Assembly: GCF_006345805.1 (NCBI RefSeq)
Contig: NC_043021.1
Coordinates: 26,040,001-26,104,000 of the forward strand
DNA: 64,000 nt
Direction of reading: 5' to 3'
DNA from: Octopus sinensis
Taxonomy: Eukaryota
Part shown: positions 24,381-36,838 of the stretch, one piece after another
Numbering within the stretch: position 1 is the first letter of the stretch
How the letters are laid out: every line of letters starts with the position of its first letter
The notes under the pieces: model-generated
The model's input: the letters and a program-made list of their open reading frames with translations, nothing else
What the model was told of the DNA's origin: nothing
Databases searched by the model: none
Position numbers and translations under genes: made by a program

Positions 24381-25110
24381 TCATTATCACAATTTAACTT
24401 CCATTTTCTATGCTGGCATGGGTTGGACGGATTGACAGGAGCTGGCAAGGCTGCAGAGCGGCCCAGGTTCCAGCTGTTTTGGCATGGTTTCTACGGCTGG
24501 ATGCCCTTCTTAATGCCAACCACTTTACAGAGTGCACTGGGTGCTTTTACGCAACATGGGCACAGGTGTGTTTACGTGGCACCGATATGGGCGTTTTTTA
24601 CATGGTACCAGCACCCATGAGCCCATAAGATTAGAAACACCCAGCTGCAGAGGGATGTAGGGAACATGTCTGTATGCAAGGACAAACATGCCTTTATTTA
24701 GCTTAACATGTGTTCTCAAGCACAGCAAACCACCAGGGGTTTTGGTTCCTTGTCATCTCTTCTGTGAGGCCCAACATCTGGAGATCCTTTCTCACCACTT
24801 CGTCCCATCTCTTGCTAGCTTTACCCCTTCCACATGTTCCCTCCACAATTAGAGATTGGTACCTCTTGATGCAACTGTCCTCATCCATATGCATTACATG
24901 GCCATACCAGCACAGTCTTCCCTCTTGCACACTACATCTGAGACTATGTACACTCAGTTTTTCTCTCAAGCCACTTACACTCAGTCATATACGCACACCA
25001 ACATTATCCATCCATCAGAGCAGACTGGCTTCATTTCCTTCAAGCCTTCACATATTCTCAGTAGTCACAAACCATGTCTCACAGCCTTGTAGCATAGCTG
25101 TTCATACATA
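24381..25110 (-). mobile_element. Truncated RTE copy
   Basis: ORF VQEGRLCWYGHV...EGTCGRGK...WDEVVRKDLQMLGLTEEM matches the 41-42 kb element; same 3' UTR. Confidence 0.92.
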
Positions 25111-27631
25111 AAAAAATATCATGACCCCCAACATGATTTGAACACGCAGCCTTCTGATCTGGAGCCAGGTATGCTACCGTTGTACCACATGCCTAGCAAC
25201 TGTCAAAGAATGTTATGTATGGGCCATTGCAAAAGATACACATCATGTAGAAAACTACGATACAGAAATTAAATCAAACCAACCTTCAAACACCTTTCTA
25301 TTTCAATGTATTTCATTGATACACATTCATAAATATCCTCTCTATTTTAGCGCTTAAGTGTCGAAAATATGTTGTAAATGCAATGAACAATAAAGGTAAG
25401 AAAACAAAAAACAACCACAAGAGAAGCAAAGTTTAATAAATGCCATAATAAGCTTAGTGCTTGAAAGGAAAGGGTTTCATGGATACGTGTTTCTACAAAG
25501 TTTTATTGAAAAATATACATTTTTCAGAAATTTAAGGACGAAACGAAATCAGTGACGGGGACACACCAAACTGCAGGATGCCCTTCTTAACACCAAGGGC
25601 AAGTGCCTTTTACTTTAAACCTGGGCTGACCAATGCCTTGTGTGTGTGTGTGTGTGTACATAGAGATCATGCATGCCATTATTAGCTCAGTGGTTTAGGA
25701 AGCTGCAGTCAGCTCAGTGCTCCAAAATAATGAAACTCAAATGAAAAAGTCCATTGGTAAATACAGAAGTGTGTTATAAAATAAAACACACTAACCATCA
25801 GTGTTCTTTCTAATGCATGGATAGGTAGAAAGCATTGAAGTTAGCTAGCAATATCTGCAATCCGAAGACCAAGTACACACAGCACACCATCAAGTGGAAC
25901 ATTGTTGAATGAGTCATGCCATATGTTAATGGATCAAAAAGATGCGGGCTTTGTTTAGCTGAAAGATCGCATTCCCTTTTTAGGTCTGATAACTCTAATG
26001 ACCTACAAAATTCTAGATCTGAAATTTTCATGAAATGTAAACATCAGGACAAATTTTTTTATTGAACTGGAAAACACCACCCTCAACGGAATAAGTATGC
26101 AGCCTCATCACATTTGACCTTCTCCTCAGTGAAATAATTTACATCAACCATATTCATTGATTCAAGAGGGCCACAACATTTAGTTTTTCTTTTTCTTGCT
26201 TCATTTTCACATGTTGTTTTAACCTTCCTCTTGTCCTTCCTCTTGTTCTTCTCTCAAAGACCAGCCATCTTGAGTGTAAAAGATTGGTCTGGAATACACA
26301 GCACGCTCATCCAACCATCACATTTTCACAACATGAAACCAACAATAGCTTAAATCTAAATCCTATGTATATTAAATAATCTTACTTCAAAATCAAATAC
26401 CACCCCCCTTCCACATTACATCTTTGTCTTGACCTGCCAGAAATAGCAGGCTGATCTCTTTTAATAAACTTTTATCCCCTTAAAAGAAGAACGAGCATAT
26501 AAAATAATGTTATCCTATATACTGCTTGTAAAAATAAGATAAGACTAGATTTTACACTACAAACCTATATATATAATGATGATTTTAACTCTCATTTCTA
26601 GCAGGTAGACACTTTAATGTGTCCTTATGATTTATATATAAATACACACACATATATATTTGCCAAGCATAGAGGGAAAGCCTGACCTAGGGCTAAACAG
26701 CATAAATGCATACGACTGCATAATTGATGAAAGAGGTTTGTTTAGAAACCAGCCCTTTCAAGTAAAATAGGGGAGTACATTAAATACCACACACACACAC
26801 ACAATGCGAGTATGTGTGTGAGGGTTTCTATGTGGTCACTCTGCCTGCTAGAAATGACAGTTACATCTTCCTCCAATCCTACCCCAGAGGGCTGGGCATA
26901 CTTTTGGTTTTTGATTACATATTTGAAAGTGGAAAATGTTGACGCCATTCCAATAATCTCCAACCGGACATATCAAATAAGCCACTTTCTTGTTTTTGTT
27001 TTTCTTCAAAATACATTTTCAGGTTCCTGTTTTCAACAACGGAAATAATAAATTGCACAAAAAAAAACAACAAAAGGGGAAAAAAGCTTTTCAGATTTAT
27101 GACAATTTAAAAAAAACTTTTTCGTTAATTTTGATATTTTTGTGGGGGTGGGGGCACGTTTAAAAACCAGAAGATTACAATTTTGATAAAAAAAAAAAAA
27201 TTTTTTTCCTCCAAAATTTCATTTCGTAATCCCCAACACCAAATCGCTTTCAATAATTTTCCACTCTCAATTTACGAAATTTCTTTTTTAAAAATGCCTT
27301 GGTAAAGATAGGAGAGATTAAATGATAAGGTCGTACATATCGTTAACAATAAACGTGAGGGTCATGGCTGGAATGCCTTTACTTAATAGAAGCTGACTTC
27401 ATCAACACCGACATGGCTATGAACACACACCAACCTTTCATCTCCATCCAGCACAACACACGCCATACAAACATAGTCTTCCACATAGCCATTACCATTG
27501 ACACACACACACACAGTGAGGGAATCTTACAGGGTCACTCAAACTGCAAGAAATAGCAGCCTAATTCTCCCTAAAATCACACCCAATCGCCTTGGAAATA
27601 AAGGCACAACGGGAACACATGGATACAACTA

Positions 27632-28062
27632 CAGTTTGGTGCCCCGCCTATTTTCCTTCTTCGTAACTTTCTGAGAAATGCATATATTTAGATGAATTTT
27701 TGCAGAAATACGTTTTCGAGTGTATAGATTACAATTATGTTGAAGAAAAATCAGTATCAAAGGTTTTAGGAATTTCAAAGCATTCTTCTTCACTGGACCC
27801 TGACTTTGCGACCTTCAATTTCCCTAACGTAAGCAATTTTTCACTCATTTGCAGATTCATAAGTTTGAAACGGCGACATTACATAATCTACAGAGTTGAA
27901 GTCGTATTTCTGCCTCATCTCATTCAAAAATATGTATTTTTAAGAGAGTTCTGAAGAAACAAATTAGGAGTGGAGAGGGGGGGGAATGATCTGAAACTCC
28001 CTAAATTTTTTATGCTAACAATATAATCGCAATCTGAGAAAATTATGAGAGGCACTAATGTG
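27632..28062. mobile_element. Possible Tc1/mariner-type MITE
   Basis: TA flanks; imperfect TIR CAGTTTGGTGCC vs CACATTAGTGCC, plus a subterminal cgtaactttctgaga-like inverted match. Confidence 0.4.
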
Positions 28063-28399
28063 TAGTTATACCGACCTTTGTTGATTGACTTTCTCAGTAA
28101 CGGTTAACCTGCAAATCACTATCACACACACAGCAAGTTACCATAACCAAACATATACGTGTAAATACGAATATGTAACGCCAGTCAAAATATACACAAG
28201 ACACACACATATATATATATATATATATATCTTATACATACATGAAATACACCCCAAAACACAGATCCGTAACGAGAACCACCCAAAACGTATTAAATTA
28301 CTCTAAAACAGCAACGAGCAGCAAATGAGAGAAATTGGAAGTAAAGAACATAAGAGGAAGAATAATGGCAGTCTGTGGAGCTATATTGCACAGGTGTTT

Positions 28400-28980
28400 G
28401 GTGTGTGCGCAGATAGGTCGGACAGGTGTTTCTGGTAGATTTAGGGTGCGTATATATACGTGTGTTTGTTGTTTAAAGCCAGGTTTAAAACCAGATCTCG
28501 ATACACGATCAAAAAGTAGTGCATTTTCTTATTATTGCGTATGATGGATGCGGGAAGCTGGTTTGACTAAATAGTTTAGGAAAATTCGCTGTGTAATCGT
28601 GAGATCGTCGGTTCGATCGCACTGGTGTCTTTTATTACTGCTCCGGGGGCGGGGGGGGTCGAGTGTACTTGTACTTTAGGGTGACATGGCATGTGACATT
28701 AACATACGGGTACAGTCGACCCGTGTGACATGCTGTGTCACGCTGATTCTTCCAGAGGAATAACGCTAAGCGTAATGGTAAATGGTGGTGGCAGTGGATC
28801 TCCGTCGCTCGACGAGGAGGTGGAGGCGGATTCAGGCGTTGGCTCAACTGGATTATCTGCTCCTGAATGATTAATGTATCAAAGCGGTTGTGTATTCCAT
28901 AGACATGTATTCTTAAAGTAATTTCTCTGCCAGAATCGGCATACATGATACGAGCGTGTGACAAGCGAAACCTTTTTCGA
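28400..28980. promoter_or_regulatory. CpG-retaining unique intronic segment, candidate enhancer or alternative promoter
   Basis: 30 CpG in 28501-28980 vs 4 in the next 480 bp (hand count); GC-box-like ggggcggggg; clustered TGACA motifs. Confidence 0.4.
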
Positions 28981-29884
28981 TTCTAGGTAACAATCCACTC
29001 AAAGGCTTCTATGCAGTTTCCGTGTACCCATGGCTGTAAGCACAATATGGCTGAATGATTAAAAAGTGCAGCTGGCAACAACAAGGTCTCAGGTTCAATC
29101 ACACTGTGTGACATCTTGTGCAAACATCATGTGGAATATACTCCACCTCTTAGGTTATAAATCAATGAGTGAGCAGTTCAATCAATCAATCAATCAGATT
29201 ATACATCACTGAAACAAACGGAGGATTCAATTTACTTTCAAATGTGTTTCTAATACAATAATAATAATCATCATAACATCCACTTTTCCATGCTTGCATG
29301 GGTCAGACAGAGTTTAGTGAAGCCGATTTTCTACAGCTGGATACCCTTCCTGCTGCCAACCCTCACCTGCTTCCAGGCAAGGTAGTATTTCTTCATGATC
29401 AGACACGTTTTTTTCCACAGAAGACTGGATATGAATAGTATTTATCTAAAACATCACATGACGTCAAGACAAAGAGTAAAAAACACACACACACAATAGG
29501 TTTCTTTCAGTTTCCATTTTCTAAATCCACTCACAAGGCTTTGGTCGAGATGGGCCACAGAGAAAGACATTTTCCCAAGGTACCACACAATGAGACTGAA
29601 CCCAAAACCATGTGGCTGGGAAGCAGTCTTGTTAACTACATAACCACACCTGCACCTATACATACACACATGCAGAGTATTTACATATACTAGAACACTG
29701 CCCACCAGGTGGTTTCCTGCAAACAATCGCCATCAGTTTAACCATGGCTCATATGAGGCACAATTTCTATGGCTGAATGCTTTTCCTGTCACTGACCCTC
29801 ACTTGTTCCTGAGCAAGGTCATAGTTTCCCTGACCTGATATATTGCAAGGAAGATCCCATTATCACCATTTGTGTGATAATGAC

Positions 29885-30215
29885 ACTTCATCATCATCAT
29901 TTAAAGTCTGTTTGTCCATGCTGGCATGGGTTGGATGGTTTGACAGGAGCTGGCAAGGCTGGAGAGCTGCACCAGGCTACATTGTCTGATTTGGCATGGT
30001 TTCTATGGCTGGATGGCCTTCCTAATGCCAACCATTTTACAGAGTGTGCTGGGTGCATTTACAAGATTAGGAACACTCAGCTGGGGAGGGATGTAGGGGA
30101 CAGCCTGTATGCAAAGGCAACCATGATTTTAATTAGTCTGATGTCTTCTCAAGCACAGCAAATCCCCTAAAGTCTCGGTCCCCTATCATCCCCTTTCTGA
30201 TGCCCAACATCAAGA
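29885..30215 (-). mobile_element. Truncated RTE copy (3' UTR and extreme ORF end)
   Basis: catcatcatttaa...ccatgctggcatgggttgga tail; tcttctcaagcacagca ORF end. Confidence 0.8.
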
Positions 30216-32014
30216 CAAATACACACACACACACACTTATATATGCATATATACTGCATCCATTAATAAGGCTTTGGTCGCTTCTGGCGCTACAGCAGAA
30301 GGCCACAGAGTGTGGCTGAACCTGAAGCCATGTGGTTGAGAAGGAAACTTCTTGTCACACAGCCAAGCCTTGTTTTTCAGGAGAAATAGAGAAAAGCTGC
30401 AAAGCTTGCATGATTCAATTTAACCCACAAACAACTCACCAAAATTGCAAGAGTTTTGCAAACAACAGACCAGTGAGACGAGTAACTGAAACAACACTTC
30501 TCACGATTATTTTTTTGGTTTTTGTCTTTTATCTTTTGCCAAACTGAGATAGGCACACGGAATTGCTGGATTTTGGACAACCAAACTAAATTCTTCCTTT
30601 ACTTCACAAACATGGACTTCCAGATTAAACAACAACAAGCATTTTGCATGCTTCAGAGAGAGAGACAATTCAATGAACCATATTTCCTATTTTTCGAGTG
30701 ATGTTACTCTGTAAATTTGTCCTTGAGTCCCTGAATCTCAGTTTTAACCAGGGTTGGAACCAAGTGCGGCATATTTCCCATGACTTTTTTTTTTCACATT
30801 TTAAACAAAAATTTAACTTATTCTTACAATGCTGAAAATAATATGGTCCAATGAGAACAGCGTTTCACGACCTCATGGAAACGGGTCAAAATTGGTTTCA
30901 AATTTAGCCACAAAAGCAGCAATTTTGAGGGGAAGTGGGTGGTAAGTTGATTACATGAACCCCAGTGTTTAAGTGGTACTTTATTGACCCCCAAAGGAAT
31001 GAAAGGCAAAGTTGACCACAGCAGAATTTGAACTGAGAACATAAAAGACAGATGAAGTGCCACATTTTGCCTGGCATGCTAATGATTTTGCCAGTTGACC
31101 AAACTTGAGAGAGGTCAATATTTAAGGCCATTAGCAACCTGAAAGGCACAACATAAGTGAGGGTTGCTAATTCATCACAGCTAATGTATTTTATGACATA
31201 GAAATGGCACATTTTCACTAAAGCACATCTCAAATCACCACCCCCAGATCCTATATTACATGCTTCAATTAACTAAAAACTATTTTTTCCTGCTGAAATT
31301 GGAGCAAATCTAATATACCCAGGTGTCTTTTATGCCACTAAAGACAGAAGATATATTTTAAAAGACAGGAGAAAAAACTAAGTTGTATCTTCTTGTTGCT
31401 ATTAAAAAAAAGTTATATTTGCTTTCCATACCATTTCTCTTAACTTGACTTTCAAAACACTCAACTCTTCAGCAAAGGTCACTACAGAATGCTTAAAACC
31501 AAAGTTTCATCTGGGGCACCAAACAAACTGCAAAGTAATAGGTTTGCCAAAAACCCAGCTGCAGCTAATTCTGTGATCATTTCTAAAGCTGCTCTGAACC
31601 AAAAACATTATCATGGTGCCTTTAGTTATTCAAGATTACATTTCAGATCAGTGGACACAAAGTTAAATGTTTTGGATATTCCAGCTAAAATAGCGGAGAT
31701 CCTTAATGATGGAAGAGTGGAACCTAAAAGTAAGAATAATGTATTTAACCAATTCAAAACGAAACTTGGAAGGGAGCTTGGGGACCCAAGTTTTTGTGTC
31801 CACATTGTGTACTCAACTGTCTCCAAACGGTTGATCTAAAATATTATCAATGCTGAAAGAACACTTGATGTGGCTGTGTGGTTAAGAAGCTTGCTTTGCT
31901 ATCATGAGGTCCTAGGTTCAGTTTAACTACAAGGTACCTTGAGCAAGTGTTTTCTTCTATTACCTCAAAACAACCAATGCCTTGGTAGATGGAAACTTTG
32001 TGGAAGTCAACTGA

Positions 32015-32045
<31 letters not shown>

Positions 32046-32798
32046 ACCCTGCATCGCTTGAGGACTGGTGTTGGTTTGTTTACATCCAGTAATTTAGTTT
32101 GGCAAAAGTGGCCAACAGAATCAGTATGAGATTTACATTTAAGTACTGGAGTCGATTTTTTTCAAATAAACTCTTCAAGGCAGTACTCCAGCATGGCCAC
32201 AGCTCAACGACTGAAACAATTAAAAGATTGAAGACATATGCAATTCATAAAACACAGCTAAAAGAACTTTGTGACTTTGCTGGAATGGAATCTGATAAAC
32301 CAATTGCAACACAGTAAAAGCAGATTTTCATCAAAGAATTCTATACATTTTTGCTGGGTTGGAAATCCCATTTTTGTTCCCTAAAACACTGCCCGTGTTT
32401 GATAAAACAATTCTTTAGAAATGGTTTTGGAGAATTGTATATGTGATTTGTATAGATTAGCTTTTTCCAACGAATTCAACAAATGGCCAGAGAGGAGGAC
32501 ATGACCAATGCTTCAAACTAGAAACACAAAACCTGACAATAAAGAAAGAACATGGAAAAAAATCTGTGAATTTCTGCCCCAAGATGTGAAAGCCTTGCAG
32601 AGAAATGCCTGAAGCAAATGGTGAAAGTACTGAAAAAGTGAAGAGAGAAGTTGAAAATGTTACAAAAGATGGTTGTAGCATTCAAGATCCATGGAAAGAA
32701 ATGAGGCAGAAGAGTTTGGGAGATTAAATTCTGGAGGCAGATTTTGGCTGAATGTTGAACAGTCTACAGTTTGGATCGACCACAACTTGTGCTCTAGT

Positions 32799-32941
32799 CC
32801 TTTAGCATTCAGATTACTGTCAAATGTAATGCTTATTTATTCTTAGAATGATGTGGGGCAGGCGCGACAAGTCAGAGATGGCCAGTTTGAACATAAAACA
32901 GAATATTTAGGTTTGATATGGTCTGTTAAAATGCTAAAGGG
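32799..32941. mobile_element. piggyBac-type MITE (second family), internally deleted
   Basis: Termini cctttagcatt...aatgctaaaggg; TTAA flanks decayed. Confidence 0.6.
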
Positions 32942-33559
32942 CCAAGGCAGACATTTAGGCAACACAAGGAAAGGGACAAATGAAATTTTTTTTTTTTTTG
33001 CTCATTCCAAAGACCAAACATTCCTCAGAAAACTTAATGTTGTCATAAAACATTGTCTTCCTGGTACTTCTGCAACAACAGAACAAAATGTTTTCTGTAA
33101 CAAGTATGTGGTCAGAAAAGAGGGACAATATACTAGAAGCTACGCCAGGAAAGGACCTCTCATGATTAAACATTTTACAAAACGTTTTTCCTTTTTAACC
33201 AAATTAAAATTGACAATGGATACTTTTTTTTTTTTTTTAAAGTTGTTTTAAGAGAAAAACCTAAAAGTACCAGTAATTGAATGAAATATTATTTTACAGT
33301 AAAAGTGTTTAGTTTAGTACATTTTTAAACACCACTTTTTTTCATGTGTTTCTGCTGTGAGGTAAAAAGTAACTGCTGTCCACGCTGTCCTTGTTAACTG
33401 ACGTATTCTTAAACTCCACTCATAGCGCTTCTGCATAAGTTACGAACTACCTATACATACGGAGGCAAGCATTTGCATTAATCTGGTATAAAATACCCCA
33501 ACAAATCCTCCATTTGATAGCAGTGTGGGAATGCAGTCATGTGATCATATTGTGTGGGA

Positions 33560-34500
33560 AAGTATAGAGTCAGGTCAAACTAACCAACACCTTCTGTAAG
33601 GAGTGTAACTTGCTGTTTTGCACCTGAGAATCAATCAGGTTGACGCATTTGGCTGAGAAACGCCATGCCATGCTTGGAAAGATTAGTAAAGTGAAACACC
33701 TTTGCATAATCAATAGAGGTACACCATCAAGTGTTGATCCCACACCTCCCACAGGATGATTCAAAGAACAGATGCTGTCTGGTTGCACTCCCCAGACCGA
33801 TCTTTGGATCCGCTTCTTCCCAAGAAATCTCAGTCCATATCCTGGATTTGTCTCTTTATAAAATAATGCAGAAGAAGATTTCTACAACTCAGCAGAAGAG
33901 AGCAATTTTTCGGTTCTTTCCATCAACTCCTTTCTTTGGTACGAAGGATTTAACCCTTTCTCAATGAAATTTAATGTCATGGTTATTCCAGGAATGATAT
34001 TAAATTTCTACCCAAAAATAGAATTGGCATTTTCTGCATGTCACGTTGCCTCAATAAACTTGACATATCTCAACAGAAAATGGTTTCAAACATGACATTC
34101 TTCAACAAAAGATAGAATGGTATTTAAAACGGATTTCTGCAGTTAAGGGAAATGTAATTTTGAGTGGATATGCCTGATTAGTGCAGTAAAAGGATTAACA
34201 AGGACAATGTTCAATCACTCGATGTCGATTTAATGTCTGCATAATCAGATTACAAAGACAATAGCAGAAACATAATCCTTTTCCTCTTGTATTTTACAGG
34301 GACTGGTGCCTGGCTGTCTTTTAGACTCTTCTTAGACATTCCCACTTTATCATTCTATTCATTGCAGTGAATGAGCCAGTAACATACTGATCCTTCTTAT
34401 ACAGTTCCTGACAATAACCATTCCAATGAAGCAAAGATTCTGGTGGTTCTAGTCAGCAGATGGACAGGTTTGTTCAGACTAAAACAGGACAATTGCAGAA
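33560..34500 (-). mobile_element. Very decayed RTE-type RT fragments
   Basis: SIDYAKVF (FIDY.KAFD-like) near 33700 and RMIKWECLRRV (RLRW.GHV-like) near 34350. Confidence 0.4.
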
Positions 34501-35531
34501 AACTTCCTGGCCAAGGATTTCAAACTTTGATTCAAGCATTTGGTTCTGTTCTTGTGGACAGACATAAATAGCCTGGCCATGTTATGAAGAAATATGCTTC
34601 CCAACGATTTAGTTTCAGGCTCAACACCTAGGGCAAGCGTCAAACTTGGGTTGACCAAAACCTTATCAGTGGATTTGGTGGACAGAAACTGAAAGAAGTC
34701 CATTGTATGTAGGCATCTTTCACTTGCTTCAGTCATCGGACTGCAGCCATACTGGAGCACCACTTTGAATGCATGGACCACAGTACTTATTTTCTTAGCC
34801 TAGTACTTATTCCATCAGTCTCTTTTGTCAAACTGCTAAGTCACAGGGATGTAAACACACCAACACTGGTTGTCAAGCAGTGGTGGAGGATAAATACAGA
34901 CAGACACACACACATGCAGTCAGCTTCTTTCAGTTTCCATCTACCAAATCCACACACAAGGCTTCAGTCGTCCTGAGGCTACATTAAAAGACACTTGCTC
35001 AAGGTGCCATGCAGTGGCACTGAACCTGGAACCATGTAGCAAACTCTGTACCCCACAGCTACACACATATGTATGCATGTGTGTGTGTGGGTTTGTATAT
35101 GGGGGTTTGGGGATCAAAGAAATGGAGGACAAAAGCAGAAGATGAATGCAGTGAACGCACCCCAGGCAGAGATGCTGGGGAGGGGGGAGCAGGGCAAAAA
35201 GTAGCTGAGGGAGGAGGAGGAGGAGCAGTGAGTAAATGTAGCCAGAGCGTCCCAGTCACCAACACTCTCCCGCTTCTTACCATTCTTTCTGCCGTGTTTG
35301 TCCAAGAGAGCAAGTTTTCTCCAGTACATCACCAACGGTCGCAATCCTTTGTCATCGTTTTTGTGAGGTTCCACAGGTTCAGAGGCGTTTCCACCGTTAC
35401 TTTCCATGTCTTTCAAAGTCTTCCCCGAACACTCAGCCACTGTCCAGACACATGACCTGTCAAACTGTCCAACCCATGCCAGCAGGGAAAACAACATTAA
35501 ATGATGATGCTGGTGATGATGATGATATATA

Positions 35532-35910
35532 TTCTTTTATTCTTTTACTCGTTTCAGTCATTTTTTACTGTGACCATGCTGGAGCACCACCTTAAAGGGT
35601 TTCTTTTTTTTAGTTGAAGAAATCAACCCCAGAACTTATTTTATTGGTCTCTTTCGCCAAACCACTAAGTTACAGGGAAGTAAATACACCAACATCGGTT
35701 GTCAAGCGATGGTGGAGGGACAAACACAGACACAAAGATATACACACATAAATATATACGATGAGCTTCTTTCAGTTTCCATCTACCAAATCCAGTCACA
35801 AGGCTTTGGTTGGCCAGGGGCTATAATAGAAGACACTTACCCAAGGTGCCATGCAGTGGGACTGAACCCAGAATCATGTGGGTGGGAAGAAAGCTTCTTA
35901 CCACACAGCC
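35532..35910 (-). mobile_element. tRNA-derived SINE type B (same head, different 3' half); further copies 18781-19135 and 31872-32228 (+), 34735-35045 and 61368-61675 (-)
   Basis: Shared head and left body with type A, then gtttacttccctgtaacttagtggtttggcgaaag...ggtgctccagcatgg..acag...tgactgaaacgagtaaaag. Confidence 0.85.
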
Positions 35911-36692
35911 ATGCCTATGTGTCAAAAAAAAAAAAAAATCCAAGGTCCAAGCATAGGCTTATAAGGCCCCAGTTTCCTGGATTCTTTGGTGGATATATAC
36001 ACCCCTAGATTGGATGCTGGTCCATCACAGAGTCACTCATTTCTGCCAGCTGAGTGGAATGAAACAACATGAAATTAAATATTTTGCTCAAGAATACAAC
36101 ATATCACCCAGTCCAGGAATTGAAACCCCAATCGGGAGTCTAACACCTCCACACACACACACACACGACTTAACTTGATAAATGCCAATGCATGAAACTC
36201 GTGGCCCTTGAGCCACTCTACAACTTTTATTGATTAAATATAAAACAATATATACATCTTCATCTTCATCATCATCATCATCCACTTCCCATGCAGGCAT
36301 GGACTGAGTCTCCATAGTTTGAGCCAGAAATACTCAGAGGTGCAACTCGTTGAGATGAGCTGCAGTATCAAATCTCATCCTTTTAGCTTAGTTTCCAGGG
36401 CTTGGATGCCGTTCCTAGCGCCAACCACAACAAGCGTTTCATCATCATAAACAAAATCATTTGTGCAGGTCAAGCAGCAGGAAACTGCTGCAGAACCCTC
36501 TTCAACGATCTGTGTGTGTGTGTGTGTGTTGCTGAGTGGTTGGTGCTAGGAAGGGCATCAGCTGTAAAAATTCTGCCAAAACAGTTACTGAAGCCTGGTG
36601 CAGACTTCTGCCTGGCCAGCTCCTGTCTAACCGTTCCAACCATGCCAGCATGGAAGGTGGGTGTTAAATGATGATATATGTGTGTGTGTGTG

Positions 36693-36838
36693 TATAGAAA
36701 AAGAAGGTGGTCAGGATTTGGATAAAAACTGCTTACTTAGCGTTTTCGGTTCATCATTCAGGATGAATCCCCAAAAGAGGTGAAAGCACCAAATAAGTAG
36801 TCTTTATCTAAATCCTGACTACCATTTTTTCTTTATAT
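36693..36838. mobile_element. Short foldback/MITE-like palindrome (arms of about 47 bp)
   Basis: gtcaggatttggataaaaactgcttac vs the reverse complement of taagtagtctttatctaaatcctgac; TA-rich flanks. Confidence 0.65.

Noticed and set aside
31489-31839. 116-aa non-repetitive plus-strand ORF; also a protein-like stretch at about 32600-32730
   Set aside because: No recognisable domain or splice context; the length is within chance expectation. A BLASTX search would settle it.
36745-36790. GATGA...GAAA-like strings inside the foldback loop
   Set aside because: The core lacks CUGA and the G10.1-C11.1 pair in both orientations.
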